DNA of 64,000 nt from Octopus vulgaris (GCA_951406725.2 OX597816.1:131998001-132062000), one strand, 5' to 3'. Positions 24,878-37,808 are shown, numbered from the stretch's first letter. Translations and numbers: made by a program. The notes: generated by a model from the sequence alone, not told the origin.

Positions 24878-25460
24878 ACATCATCATCATTATCATCATC
24901 GTTTAATGTCCATTTTCCATGCTGGCATGGGTTGGATGGTTTGATCGAGGACTGGAAAGCCAGTAGGCTGCACCAGGCTCCATTCTGATCTGCCAAGGTT
25001 TCTACAGCTGGATGCCCTTTCAAACACCAACCACTCCGAAAGTGTAGTGGGTGCTTTTTATGTGCCACCAGCACAGGAGTCTAGTCAGGCAGCACTGGCA
25101 TTGACTACGTTTGAATGGTACTTTTTATGTGCCACTAGCATGGGAGCCAGTCGGGGATTACTGGCATCAACCACATTTGGATGGCGCTTATTACGTACCA
25201 CTGGCATGGGGAGCCAGTAAAGTGGCACTGGCATCAACTCACACCTAAATGGTGTTTATTATGTGTCACCAGCATGAGGAGCCAGTCAGGTGGAACTAGT
25301 ATAAACTCACACTTGAATGGTGCTTATTACAAGCCAGTGGCACAGGGAGCCAGTCAGGTGGCACTGCTATTGACTCATACTTAAATAGTGCTTATTACAT
25401 GCCATCAATACTGGTGCCAATCAGGTGGCACTGGTATCGTCCACAACTACAATTTCCATT
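24878..25460 (-). mobile_element. RTE 3' UTR with about 6 copies of a roughly 67-bp internal repeat
   Basis: Units begin GTGCTT(T/A)TTA(T/C)GTGCCAC at about 25051, 25118, 25184, 25252, 25320 and 25388. Confidence 0.85.
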
Positions 25461-25634
25461 TTGATTTCAATTATTTTTATCACTGCATGCACTGCAGTTT
25501 CAGTCTTTGAATGTGTGGGGTTACTCTGGACTCTCGCTGGCTTTAAGACAACTCATCTCTTATTGTACTCAAGAAGACCCATACTCCACAGCAGAAGTGT
25601 TAAGGCTGCTACTCCTGGTGAACAGGATTGGCCC

Positions 25635-25919
25635 GCAAGAGGCCTGTACCAGTGCCACACAAAAAGCACTTGTACCAGTGTCACTGAAAAGTGCTTGTGC
25701 CAGTGTCACATAAAAAGCACTCGTGCCCATGCCATGTACAAGCACTTATGTTGGTACCACGTTAAAAGCACCCAACACACTCTGTAAAGTGGTTGGCATT
25801 AGAAAGGGCATGCAACCAAAGAATCCAAACCAAATCAGGCTGGAACCCAGTGCAGCATTTCTACTTGCCTGCTCTGGTCAAACCATCCAACCTATGCCAA
25901 CATGGAAAACAGACATTAA

Positions 25920-25952
<33 letters not shown>

Positions 25953-25958
25953 GTGATG
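25635..25958 (+). mobile_element. RTE 3'-UTR fragment with (GAT)n tail
   Basis: AAAAGCAC repeats, GTGGTTGGCATTAGAAAGGGCAT, CAACATGGAAAACAGACATTAAA followed by (GAT)n. Confidence 0.8.
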
Positions 25959-26370
25959 GTTTACATCCTGACACTCCTACTTCTACTCACTTTTCAAAGC
26001 ATTTTAAGAAAATGAATAAATATAAAAATATTATTTTCAACAGTAGTTTTAAATGTAATAAAACTGTGTTTATTGCTTAATTCTAGACTTAATTTTATGT
26101 TCTTATTTAGTATATGCTTGAATTAAAGACATGTCTTTTACACAATTAAATTACAATGTGTACCATTCATATTCATATACTATTTATACTGAGTGCTTAT
26201 CTGTAGCACATTGCATTAGACACTAGACTTCTATGCATGTGGTGGAAAACAATTTCATTTTGTACATAAAGGATAACTTTTTAAGAAAAATCCAATAGCA
26301 TTCTCAACACCAAATATGCTTTCATTAGCTTTTAGATATATCTTTAACTTTTATTCTTTTACTTGTTTCA

Positions 26371-26575
26371 AGGTAGCAAGCTGGTAGAAACGTTAGCATG
26401 CCAGGTGAAATGCTTAGTGGCATTTTGTCTTTATGTTCTGAGTTTAAATACTGCCGAGGTTGATTTATCCTTTCGGGGTTGATAAATTAAGTACCAGTTG
26501 TGTGTTTGGGGTCAATCTAATCGACTGGCCTCCTTCCCCCAAAATTTTGTGCCTTGTGCCTAGAGTAGAAAAGGA
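26371..26575 (+). mobile_element. Full-length SINE family C with 16-bp TSD
   Basis: TSD TCTTTTACTTGT(T/A)TCA at 26355-26370 and 26576-26591; inserted into the tail of a minus-strand SINE A. Confidence 0.88.
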
Positions 26576-27321
26576 TCTTTTACTTGTATCAGTCATTGGA
26601 CTGCAACCATGCTGAAGTACCTTTTGAAGGGTTTAATTGAGCAAATAGACTCCAGTACCCCTTTTTTTGTAAGACTAGTACTTATTCTATCATTTTTTTT
26701 TTTGTTTTTTTGCTGAACCACTTAGTAACAGGTACATAAACAAACCAACTCCAATTGTCAAGCTGTGGTGGGACACGCACACACACATATACACAAACAC
26801 ACACACACACACACACACATACACACATAAATGTATGTGTGTGTGTGCGTGCATGTATGTGTGTGTATAAAGGTGGTGCTCTAGCATGGCTTGATCAGGA
26901 CTAATGACGTTAATGATACATTTGTTATTCAAATATAAAGTCAAAACCCATAGAATGTCAGCTGGAGCATAGAGAAAAATTTTTGCCTATTATGAAATGT
27001 ATTTATTTTTATATTGCTTTTCTTTCCGTTGCTATCTGTAATTATGTTGGCAAATACAAAGAAATCTAATCTATTTGTCATTAAGAGCTATTTACAAATA
27101 ACAAACAAGATTGGCAATAATAATACAATTGATTAATATTGAACTTTAACCTATTTGAGTTTAGTCTGATGTCTCTGTGGTTTCAAAGAACTTACTCTGG
27201 TACTTTGTATTTTTGTACAACATGATTACAAGAGAATTTTTACAGCTGATAGGAAATGTCTTTAAAAATAGATTTTTATATTTTAAGGAGAATATTAAAG
27301 GTGTTGCCCAGGTAATTTGGT

Positions 27322-27745
27322 CAACTCTTTAGCAGATTACCTTCTAATATGGAATGCTTATTTATTCACATTATTTTGAATCAATCATGCATTTTCTTGT
27401 AGCTTACAGATTTCAATGACGTCATCATCTTCACCCTTTGATGCCCCATTTTCCATGCTGGCATGGGTTGGACGGTTTGACCAGAGCTGCATCATGTTCC
27501 AGTCTGATTTGGTTTGGTTTCTACAGCTAGATACCCTTCCTAATGCCAACCACTTTACAGTGTGTACTAGGTGCTTTTAACATGCCATCTGCATGTGCAC
27601 TTTTATGCGGTACTGGCATGATGTGATTGTATATTTTTAGAATGACCTTATAGGGTAGGTGTGAGAAGCTGAATTTGACCAGTTTCAACATAAAGCCTGT
27701 AGAATATTTGGGCCGAATGTGGCCAGTTCAGATACTAAAGGGTTA
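27322..27745. mobile_element. piggyBac-like MITE interrupted by an RTE 3' fragment (about 27421-27620, minus strand)
   Basis: Ends CAACTCTTTAG... / ...CTAAAGGGTTA, a degenerate TTAA-CCCTTTAG TIR; the inner insert has the RTE tail motif. Confidence 0.6.
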
Positions 27746-28024
27746 TGTTGAAATTCTTTAGTTTTACTTCATAGCAGATAGAGACAAAACAATTAGAAGC
27801 TAGCGTGTCATGTGAAAGCTAATCTGAGATTTAAGGAGAAAATATATTAATATTGCTATTGAAGAGACAATTAACACAAAATTAATAGAATTATCTATCT
27901 TTTGAAACAGTGCATAACAGATAAGTTGAACACACTTGAAACACATTCCTTACAGTGTGAAAGGGTCAAGTATCAATAATTCATAGATATAAATTGTGTT
28001 TCCTGATAATATTAGCAGTTGGTG

Positions 28025-28240
28025 AAGGCAGCAATCTGGCAGAATCATTAGCACAATAAACAATGCTTTGCAAAATTTCATCTGTCTTTACATTCTGAGT
28101 TCAGGTTCCACCAAGGATGATTTAGCCTTTCATCCTTTTGGGATCAATAAATTAAGTACCAGTTGCACACTGGGGATCGATGTAATCGACTTAGCTCCTC
28201 CCCAAAATTGATGGCCATCTGCAAAAATTTGAAATCAATA
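28025..28240 (+). mobile_element. SINE family C
   Basis: GGCAGCAATCTGGCAGAATC...GCCTTTCATCCTTTTGGGATCAATAAATTAAGTACCAG. Confidence 0.8.
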
Positions 28241-28254
28241 CTTATATTAGGTTT

Positions 28255-28530
28255 GTTATGAGCCCCTGAGATTCATAAAGCCGCAGTTTTACCTGATTTC
28301 CATGGCATATAAGTAACTGCAATTACAGCACTCCCTTCTGCATGGAACACTGGTCTGTCATAGGGTTAACTTGTCAGCAACTGCTGAAACTCAGTTACAT
28401 ATACATGGACAGGGGCAATGTGAAATGAAGCATTTTGCTCAAGAATGCAATGTATCACTAGTCCAAGAATTGAAACTGCAATCTTATAATTGTGAGTGCA
28501 ACACCCTAACCACTAGGCCATGCACCTTCA
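28255..28530 (-). mobile_element. SINE family B-related copy
   Basis: Reverse-complement head at 28530; TTTCCTGATAATA direct repeat at about 27999 and 28531 encloses this copy and the SINE C. Confidence 0.65.
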
Positions 28531-28715
28531 TTTCCTGATAATAACCACATGGTATTTACGTAACACACTTTTTTTCAATAAGTTAATCCTCATTCTCCTC
28601 CCAACCCATTTCCTAAAAATTAAAACATGTGCCTATATGTGGTGCCCCAGCATGGCTGCGGCCTTCAGGCTAAAACATTTTTAAGGATTTAAGGATATTG
28701 ATGTAGTAGTATACA

Positions 28716-29022
28716 TAGTGGTTAGGGTATTTGGCACATGATCATAGGGTTGTGAGTTTGAAAACCAGTGGCACATTGTGTCCTTGAGCAAGACACTTTA
28801 TTTCACATTGCTCCAGTCCACTAGCTGGTGAAAATGAGTTGTACCTGAATTTCAAATGGCCAGCCTTGTCACACTCTGTGTCACGCTGAATCTCTCTAAG
28901 AACTACATTAAGGGTGTGCATATCTGCGGAGTGCTCAGCCACATGTACATTAATTTCATGAACAAGCTGTTTTCTTGATCGGATCAACTGGAATCCTTGT
29001 TGTTGTAATCGGTGGTGTGCCA
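28716..29022 (+). mobile_element. SINE family B variant with a different tail
   Basis: TAGTGGTTAGGG...TGTGTCCTTGAGCAAGACACTT...AATGAGT, then a distinct 3' part. Confidence 0.7.
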
Positions 29023-29252
29023 GTATACATATTATCTCAACAACATTGTTTCATTATATTTGAACAAGGTATATTTCTTCTCATTTGAGTGTAACCACAG
29101 CTATGATGTTCTGTACTCCATGGTATAAAACTTATCACAGCTATGATAAGTTACCCTGCTTATAGTCAATTACTTTGGTAACTGAAACTACAATTGTATT
29201 CATTATGTCTATATGCTGTAATGATTTTTCTTTTTATCAGTTTGGTCTGGAG

Positions 29253-29644
29253 CATTGATTCTCAACAAGGACCCCTGGTGACTCCTGGGAGTCCTTATAA
29301 GATTTCTGGGGAATCAAACAAGCAAAATAGTAAATTGGGCCTCCACAGTAGTATTTTAAGGGTCCCTGAAAAAAAGGTTTGCTTTAGATGTATTTATTGC
29401 CACAAACACCTAGGTATTTTTCTGTAATGTTTTACATGGTTTAACATGTTTCTAACCACTGAAACAGGTTCTCTCATAGTGTGCTATGACAAACCTACAT
29501 AAGCGAATGTGTGAAAAACAAAATAGGTGTTTTGAAAGAAGAATCTATAAAACTAGTTTTTAAATATCAAATAATTATGGGGGCTCACCAGAATAAAATT
29601 GTAATCAAAGGGGTCCATAGATAAAAAATGGTTGAGAACTACTG
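29253..29644. mobile_element. hAT (Buster/Charlie-type) MITE
   Basis: TIRs CATTGATTCTCAAC / GTTGAGAACTACTG; decayed 8-bp TSD GTCTGGAG / GTTTAAAG. Confidence 0.7.
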
Positions 29645-29679
29645 GTTTAAAGGAACAGATTTTGCTCATAGCCTTTGCA

Positions 29680-29940
29680 TGTGGAGATGCATGGCTTAGT
29701 GGTTATGGTATTGGACTCATGATCAGAAGATTGTGGTTTCAATTCCTGAACCAGGTGATGCATTGTGTTCTTGGGAAAAACACTTCATTTCATGTTGTTC
29801 CAGTCCACTCACCTGGCAAAAATGAGTAACCCTGTGATGGACTGGTGTCCCATCCAGGTGAGGAATATATACACCATGAAACTGGTAAACTGGCCCTTAT
29901 GAGTCAGCATAACTTGAGAAGGTAACTTTACCCTTGCCTT
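29680..29940 (+). mobile_element. Full-length SINE family B with 12-bp TSD
   Basis: A and B boxes present; TSD ATAGCCTTTGCA at about 29668 and 29943. Confidence 0.87.
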
Positions 29941-29979
29941 TTATAGCCTTTGCAGGCCTACTTGGACTGTTATGATCAA

Positions 29980-30280
29980 TGTCGTGTATGTTCCTTGACT
30001 ACTACAGGAAAACATAAGCAGGAAGAAATTTCTGGAGGATTACGTGACATTATGGAGAAGAAAGACGGAATGTAAAAGTTATTGTAGGTCTTGGGTAAAT
30101 GGGCACAATATGAGTGATAGGGGAAAGAGTGATGAATGAGCCAGGTGGTTCTCAGGCGTAGAAGGTGAGGTGACATAAAACCAGCCAGCTCAAAAGAGCA
30201 AAGGCCACTGTAATAGTAGCAAAAAAAAGGCAAAGAAAGGAGACAGAACGTCTATGGGACAAAGTGGGAGAATGTTGGTG
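29980..30280 (-). mobile_element. Degenerate CR1/Jockey-group LINE C-terminal fragment
   Basis: LSHRRSVS.LCLF / YYSGLCS.ELA...SFF remnants; a related fragment (YYNGLSSLELAGL) lies at about 35400-35760. Confidence 0.6.
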
Positions 30281-30311
30281 AATACTACGATTTATGGTGT
30301 GTATTATTATT

Positions 30312-30522
30312 CTTTCTACTATAGGCAACAAGGCCTGAAATTTTGTGGGATAAGGGTCAGTCAATTACTTTACCTCAGTGCTCAACTGATATTTATTTTA
30401 TCAATCTCAAAAGGATGTAAAGCAAAGTAGATTTCAATGGAATTTGAACTCTGAAAGTAAAACCAGAAGACATTGCTACTAAGCATTTTGTCTGACTTGC
30501 TAATGATTCAGCCAGCTCTCTG
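30312..30522 (-). mobile_element. SINE family C
   Basis: Reverse-complement match to family C. Confidence 0.75.
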
Positions 30523-30726
30523 CTTTTGTGGCTAGTATTATAATACCATGACTAGTGTAATGATAGCATAGCAGTACCTAAGCTGTAACCAACATCATCA
30601 TTACAAAAGTAAGGTCGTTTTCACCTCAATTATGGTCATTTTGTGGTCACTGCAATGACCAGTGTCAACAAAAATTTGACAAGAAACAAATAAACTATTA
30701 AAAAAAACACAGCTTAGTGCAACAAA

Positions 30727-30730
30727 AGAG

Positions 30731-30784
<54 letters not shown>

Positions 30785-30955
30785 TGAGAGAGAGAAAGAA
30801 AGAAAGAGAGAGAGAAAGAAAGAGAGAGAGAGAGAGAGAGAAAGAAAGAAAGAGAGAAAGAAAGAGAGAAAGCGAGAGAGAGAGAGAGAGAGAGAGAGTG
30901 TGGGAGAAAGAAATGAAGAAAGAAAGAAAGAAAAAAAGAAAGTGAGAGAGAGAGA

Positions 30956-30999
<44 letters not shown>

Positions 31000-31020
31000 A
31001 AAAAGAAAGAAAGAAAGAAG
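30727..31020. repeat. (GAAA)n/(GA)n polypurine tract
   Basis: About 290 nt almost entirely purine. Confidence 0.95.
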
Positions 31021-31779
31021 GTACTAACTACTAGTATGTGTTATTCCTTCTTGCCAGCCTAGGTTGTTTTATTTTTGCAAAAATATCACAAGTGAGTACC
31101 AAGTCAACAACTACAATAACAACCACAACAACAATAGCAAAAACTTCAACAATATCAACAAAAAGTTATATTGTTATACTTTTGTCGTCCTTATTTATTT
31201 GAGCAATTCATATAAATATATAAACTGGGTGAATCACCCAAGCAAAGATGAGCATGAAAAGAACTGATGTAAAAAGGTATTTAAAAAAGTTAGTTGTTAA
31301 TTGCTTTATATAATTTGAAATTTACTTGATTCTTTTCTTCTTTTTTTTTTGTTTATTTTTTGGAAGCAAATACAATTAAGAACACACACGCATACAGATA
31401 TGTGCATACAAAAACATGAACACACACATACACATATATACAAACATATGCATACAAATACATACACACATACACATATACAGATGTATGCATGTGAATA
31501 CATGCCCACAAAACTTTAATATACAATGTACTGGAGTTAAAAATAGAAGCATTTAAGAATATAATAAACTATTATATATTCAATGATATCAGACATATAT
31601 CCAATGATAAGCTTTGAACCTAGCCAAGCAACACACTTTTCTTTTTCTCTGATAACCTAAAAAAAAATGTTTCATTCAATTTTATACTTTTTCTTAGCTA
31701 CCCACTAAATCAACCCCATTACCAAATTTCTGGTATTTTTTCTGTTGGAGTCTTTTGAGACGCATCAAGAAAAGGTGAG

Positions 31780-32023
31780 GTTACCTTCTCAAGTCTTCTA
31801 ACTCACAAGGGCCAGTTTCCTGGTTTCATAGCATATAAATTCCCCAGCTGGATGGGATACCAGTCCATCGCAGGATTACTAAATTTTTCCAGCTGAGTGG
31901 ATTGGAGCAACATGAAATAATGTGTTTTGCTCAAGAACACAAAGCATTGCCTGATCCAAGAATCGAAACCACAATCTTACAGTCATAAGTCCAATACCCA
32001 AACTATTAAGCCACATGCCTCCA
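31780..32023 (-). mobile_element. SINE family B
   Basis: Reverse complement of 29680-29940. Confidence 0.82.
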
Positions 32024-32406
32024 CTTTTGAGACTCATAGAACTGTTAAGATACAAGAATGTGAACAAACTAACTACAGTTATTAAGCAGTGGTATGAGAC
32101 AAACACATACTCAAAGACACACACACATATTCACATATTGGGGGTGTGTGTTTGTGTGTGCATGTATGTGTGTGCGTATCTGAGGGATTTCTTTCAGTTT
32201 CCATCAACAAAATACACTCACAAGGCTGTAGATAGTCTGGCGTTATAGCAGAAGACACTTTCCTAAGGTGCCATGGCTGTGAAATTTCTTCAAACAATAG
32301 TTTCCAGCTCAAAATGCCAAAATTTGCCTTCCTTGAAATACTGCATGAAACTGAAATTTTCAATACTGTTGCTCCATTTACCCAGTAGCAATAAAGTGTT
32401 ACCATT

Positions 32407-33498
32407 TTGGAATCTAGTGGTTTGGTTGCCAGCATTTCAAAAATTTAAGTTTATCAAAAATTTTAAAATTTGGCCCAGTAATATACTTTTCTAAGCTGAA
32501 TTGCTGGAGTTATTTCACTTTTTCCAGAAAAATGTTTTTTTAAAAGTTATAGGGGTTTAAAGTTCGATCATTTTCCCCCAGTCAGGAAACAGGATTTGGA
32601 AGCTGTCATTTTGTGCATGACTACACATTTTGTGGTCAGCATTCTGAAAATAGCACATGCTGTCAATATTTGTAAGCAACATGAGTTTTGTGGTTTGAAG
32701 CATTCAATATGCATTTAATGCGATAGCACCAACTTAAAAGATTTATCCAAAAAACGTTATTTAGTTGTTATTTTTAGCACACCTCTGAACCACCTCAATG
32801 ACAAAAATAGTAAACAAGTAGTTTTAAGCATTCAATATGCATTTAATGCAAATGTGATGAACAACACGTTACAAATTAAATATTTTTAAAAAACAAACAT
32901 TTTCATAATCAATTGTCAACCGATAGATAAAACAAGTGGTTTCAATATATTTGTTAACTCGTGCTTTCTTGCAGACAAAAGAGTTCTCATGTTCCACTTG
33001 TTACTATGGAAACAGGCATGAATGTGTCCATGGCTTACGACTGGTTAAAATTACCAAAATTTTCAAACTTTAATTGCTAATAAAGCACCATCCGAACATG
33101 GCCGATGCCAGCCCCACCTTGACTGGCTTCCGTGCCGGTGGCACGTAAAAAGCACCAATCTGATCATGGCCGTTGCCAGCCTCACCTGGCCCCTGTGCCA
33201 GTGGCACGTAAAAAGCACCCACTACACTTACGGAGTGGTTGCCGTTAGGAAGGGCATCCAGCTGTAGAAAATCTGCCAGATCAGATTTGGAGCCTGGTGC
33301 AGCCTTCCGGCTTCCCAGACCCCAGTCGAACCATCCAACCCATGCTAGAATGGAAAACGGACGTTAAACGATGATATTGATGATGATTCATTGTGAAAAT
33401 GATTTTCTCGTCATTCATTAGCCAATAAAATTGTATCAAAGTGTATGAAATCAATTCAAACAGAAATGATGCTGGCAGCCAAAAACGACCAGATCCCC
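32407..33498. mobile_element. Non-autonomous DNA transposon with imperfect ~30-bp TIRs, interrupted by an RTE tail
   Basis: Left GGAATCTAGTGGTTTGGTTGCCAGCAT versus right ATGCTGGCAGCCAAAAACGACCAGATCCCC; internal direct repeat AAGCATTCAATATGCATTTAATGC at about 32698 and 32826. Confidence 0.55.
33083..33387 (+). mobile_element. Young RTE 3'-UTR copy
   Basis: CpG-rich; three AAAGCACC repeats, GGAAGGGCATCCAGCTGTAGAAA, GGACGTTAAACGATGAT. Confidence 0.88.
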
Positions 33499-34374
33499 AT
33501 TATGATATGTAATTGGTACCCTATGGTACTGTTTCAGCATGGCCTGAACTACAATAATTTAACTCAATGATTTAAATAACTAAAACATTTAAAAGTAAAC
33601 CAGCATAATTTCAATATTGCTGCTGGGTTGTGTCATATACTGATGCCTAGTGTCTTAGAATGAAATGTTTAATTCTATATGCTCTCTGCCAAACAATCTG
33701 CCCAGGATGATGCTGTAGAGTTGCTTGTTTGTTTTAAATAGACAGATGGAAGGCTTAATATAGCACTCAAGAATAAAATTGCACTATTTCAATTTAGCAT
33801 CACAACACCACCAAAAAAAAAAAATGAGAAAAGGAAAACAAAACAAAACTCATGCTAATTTTATTCAGGATGGAACTGATAATAGGTTAATTGTCCAATA
33901 TTCTCTGATCATTTATAATGAAGTTTTTGTCACTACCAACCCTAAATAATAACTATTTTCTTATACATTACCAAAGCAACATAACTGATAAACTCTAACC
34001 TTGTCTGTTTTGTTAGACAATAGTTCTGTAATGAGTTAGATTTTGATTAAAAGTAATGAGATGTATTTAACAGCAAATGTACAATTAAAGGATGGCACTT
34101 TATTAATTAGATTTATTAATTAGTGGCATGATGGTTGACATGATGCTCCTTGAATTAAATTTGCAGCTGTTATAACAAGGATCTAGATACGTAAATTAAA
34201 ATAAATGACAATAAGGCAATGTGATCTTGGTTTCAATACAGAAAAACATGACTCTTTCCTTATATCAGCTGTTTTATGTTTTGTCTTTTTACCTTTACTC
34301 TTTTTCAAATCAATTACATTTTCCTAAATTATTTTTTTTTATTTTCATTCTTCATTATTGTCTGAAGATCATTA

Positions 34375-35000
34375 GTCTTTATGCTCTGAGTTCAAATTCT
34401 GCCGAGGTCGACTTTGCCTTTCATCCTTTCAGGGTCAATAAATTAAGTACCAGTTGCGTACTGGGGTCAATTTAATCGACTGGCCCACTCTCCAAAAATT
34501 TCAGGCCTTGTGCCTAGAGTAGAAAAGAATATTTCTTCTGACTCATTACATTCTGAGTTCAAATTCCATCAAGGTCAACTTTCTTCCCCTCAGGGTTGAT
34601 AAAATAAAGTCTAATAAAATACAAGGATTGATGTAATAATAAAATATTAAAGACTAATAAAATACAAGGATTGGTGTAATTAACTTGTCCTCTCCTTTCA
34701 AATTTTGCAGGCCTTGTACCAAAATTATAAAGAATTATTGTCTGATGTAGCAAAATTAAGGTTCTTAGCAGATAGTGAGCCTTTAGGCTTAAAAAGATGA
34801 AAAAGGATTTGGTTAGGTTAAGTTTTAGGATAACAACAGTAGCTTGGCTGAAATGTTAGTGTTGCAATATTTGGTTACAACCCTTTACATTTTGAGGTCA
34901 ATTCTATTGAGATTAGCTTTCCTTGCATCCCTTCCAGATCAATAAAATAAGTACCAGTCAAATACTGGGGTTGATATAATCAACTGCCCCTTCCCTCCAA
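34375..35000 (+). mobile_element. Cluster of three SINE family C copies or fragments
   Basis: Copies at about 34375-34531, 34548-34740 and 34838-35000. Confidence 0.75.
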
Positions 35001-36479
35001 TAAAAATATATCTCTGATTACAAAACAGTTTAGAAATTGACTTTATTTAGCCTAGAAGCAGGGACATTGAGAAAAGTTTTGCAATGTAGAATTATATTGT
35101 TTTGAGGCCCTGACAGTGAGGGATCCACTCGTAATTCAAAGAGACTGTGAGGTAGCTTTTTCTCTCTCATTTTTGTTGATTGCTTTGTTTTTTTTCAAGG
35201 AGGTCACTGTCAAATATTCACATGCCCTTCATTGGCTCACCAGGCCCTAGATCAATGTACTAGCTGAAACTCTCTCTTACAGGCCCTGCTTAGCTAATAT
35301 ATAACAGCAAAACAATAATTCTTAGGAAGAGAAATGTAGGATATTTTTACATGCTATGTCTGGGGGAAGGAGTGTTGTCCATTAATTTTGTAGGCCCTCC
35401 AAGACCAGTGAGCTAGATGTTCTTAACATACCATTTAAAAGTGCTGCAGGAAAGATGTATATGTAGGGAGAAGACTCCAGGAAGCTGGTGTTTTGAGGAG
35501 AGAGACTGAGCATAATGGTTAGTGAGGGGTTAGATGGTGGGGGCAGGTTGGATATACCAAGAGTGATGAGAGGTGGAAAGACAAGTGAGTTGTAGGTGTC
35601 TGAACCTTAGGGGTGTGAGACCAGCCAGCTCTAAGGAAGAGAGGCCATTATAGTAGTGAGAGGATACAGTACATCTAAGGGCCTGAGGCTAGAGCATGTA
35701 CTTTAGTGATTTTGTCCATAGATTTTGTGGCAAAGAAATATTGGTTTCAGCTTAGTCAGAACATGTGTTTAGCTTAGTTATTAACCTTTACAATGATGCA
35801 TAATATGTTATGTCAGATGGTATTGGTGGAAGGTAGAGCACTTATTTTGCGTAGGATTTGAGTAAAACCAAGCAGATTTTATAGCAATAGTAAAAGAAAC
35901 TGCACAGTAATACTAAGTATATGTTGGAGTTGTCTTACCAATCATCTTGAATAGCTTCTTCATCATATGGTTGATATTACTAGAAGAGAGTGAGAAGCAT
36001 GACTAAGATAGATGGAATATTCCATATGGGGCACATATGAGTTGATATGAAGACAAGCTATCACCAAATATGCTTCATGAAAGCAATAAACTCCTCTAAT
36101 GATTTCATCTTCACTAGTTATTTTATATTCTGTCCCAACATGTTCCTAATATTCAATTTCATTTATTTATCTATTGGAGTGTTTAAAAAAAAAAAAAAAA
36201 GAGAAGAAAAACAAAAGCTCACACTGTGTTAGAAATTTCATACACTACATCTTTGAGTTCTAGGTGGCATAGAGTTTGAGAATTATAATAAGTTGTATGT
36301 AGGAATTTTATTATGTTTTTTTTTTCCAGTTACTCAAGGGATACAGCTGACACATAAGATAAAAACAGCACCAAATTAATTTTCCTTCTAATAATGTGTT
36401 CTATGTAAAAATGGAGAAGTGAATTCTATAGTGTTAACAGTTTGACTCAGCTCCATACAACTCACTTGTGTGTATATAA

Positions 36480-36485
<6 letters not shown>

Positions 36486-36514
<29 letters not shown>

Positions 36515-36691
36515 TGTATGTATGTATGTATGTATGTATGTATGTATGTATGTATGTATGTATGTATGTATGCATGTATGTATGTGTGTGTGTGTGTAGA
36601 TAGATAGGTATGTATGTTTATATGTATATATGTATATATGTAAGTAGGTAGGTAGGTAGGTAGGTAGGTAGGTAGATAGATAGATAGATAT

Positions 36692-36743
<52 letters not shown>

Positions 36744-36869
36744 CTTTCTTTATTGGCCACACAGGACTAGACACAGAAGGGACAATTACACTGTAGAGTT
36801 TTTCTTTTCGAGGGGGGGGGGGCGAAAAAAAAAAAAAGGAACAATGATCAAAGGGGATCGAAGATAGAT

Positions 36870-36948
<79 letters not shown>
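36486..36948. repeat. (ATGT)n/(GGTA)n/(GATA)n complex with a ~120-bp insert
   Basis: Direct runs; non-repeat insert at 36743-36862. Confidence 0.92.
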
Positions 36949-37468
36949 CTAAACAAGAATATAACAAGGCAAAACATTTGCCTTCACTTAAAAAACTTTT
37001 AATTTAGATGGAGAGTATAGACATACAGAATCTCTTACAGCTGTTTCTAGAATAACCAAGCATGTGGATTATGATATTCCATAAGCTAAGTATTTTGTCA
37101 TTGGAGAGAGGCAAGTCAGAAGAATATAAATATAAAAGAATATTCCCAATCAAGGATATTAGTATTTTCCAGTTTGATGGAAAATGAAGGAAGGATCAGA
37201 GTGAAAAGTATACGTGTTAGATACTTCTCTTTCTAAGTAAAATGTTTTTTTGAGTGATGCCAACTATATCTACCCACTCAAGGAGAAACTACTTCTAGCC
37301 ATCTTTGATAGGCAGTCCCAACACCACATTTTTCAGGTGCAGTTCAAATTGGAGTTATGGTGTTAAACCATACTGAGCATTCATAGTACATACCTTTGGT
37401 GAAAACTCCTTGCGTATTCTGTCTGCTTGCCTGTCTGTCTATTTTCTCTTTCTTTCTCTCTCTTTCCT

Positions 37469-37503
<35 letters not shown>

Positions 37504-37545
37504 TTCTATTTATCTATCTATCTATCTATTTATCTATCTATCTAT

Positions 37546-37696
37546 CAATGCTCAAAATGAGGAGTAGATAGACAGCCAACAACTGATGAAGGGTCGTTCT
37601 TTGTGTTACTTGTTCTGTTTTCCCTTTTTTCTCTCGTTTGCAAATTTAACTCATTTGTTTCATATTTCATGTTGTTTGCTGTTGGTCCTGTACCCA
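37546..37696 (+). mobile_element. Possible Penelope-like terminal-repeat fragment
   Basis: Unique 150-bp block between microsatellites beginning ATGCTCAAAATGAGGAGTAGATAGACAGCC; the family call rests on recall only. Confidence 0.3.
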
Positions 37697-37749
37697 TATA
37701 TGCATATATATGCATGTGTATATATATACACACACACACACAAATATAT

Positions 37750-37808
37750 GTGCCCCAGCATGGCCACAGCTCGTGAGCTGAAACTAGAATCAATCAATCA
37801 ATCAATCA
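37750..37808 (+). mobile_element. Extremely 5'-truncated CR1 copy (3' terminus plus (TCAA)n tail)
   Basis: GTGCCCCAGCATGGCCACAGCTCGTGAGCTGAAACTA is identical to the 3' end of the 62570-64000 element. Confidence 0.88.

Noticed and set aside
24517-25074. 185-aa ORF
   Set aside because: A chimera of an RTE 3' UTR, a microsatellite and a SINE tail.
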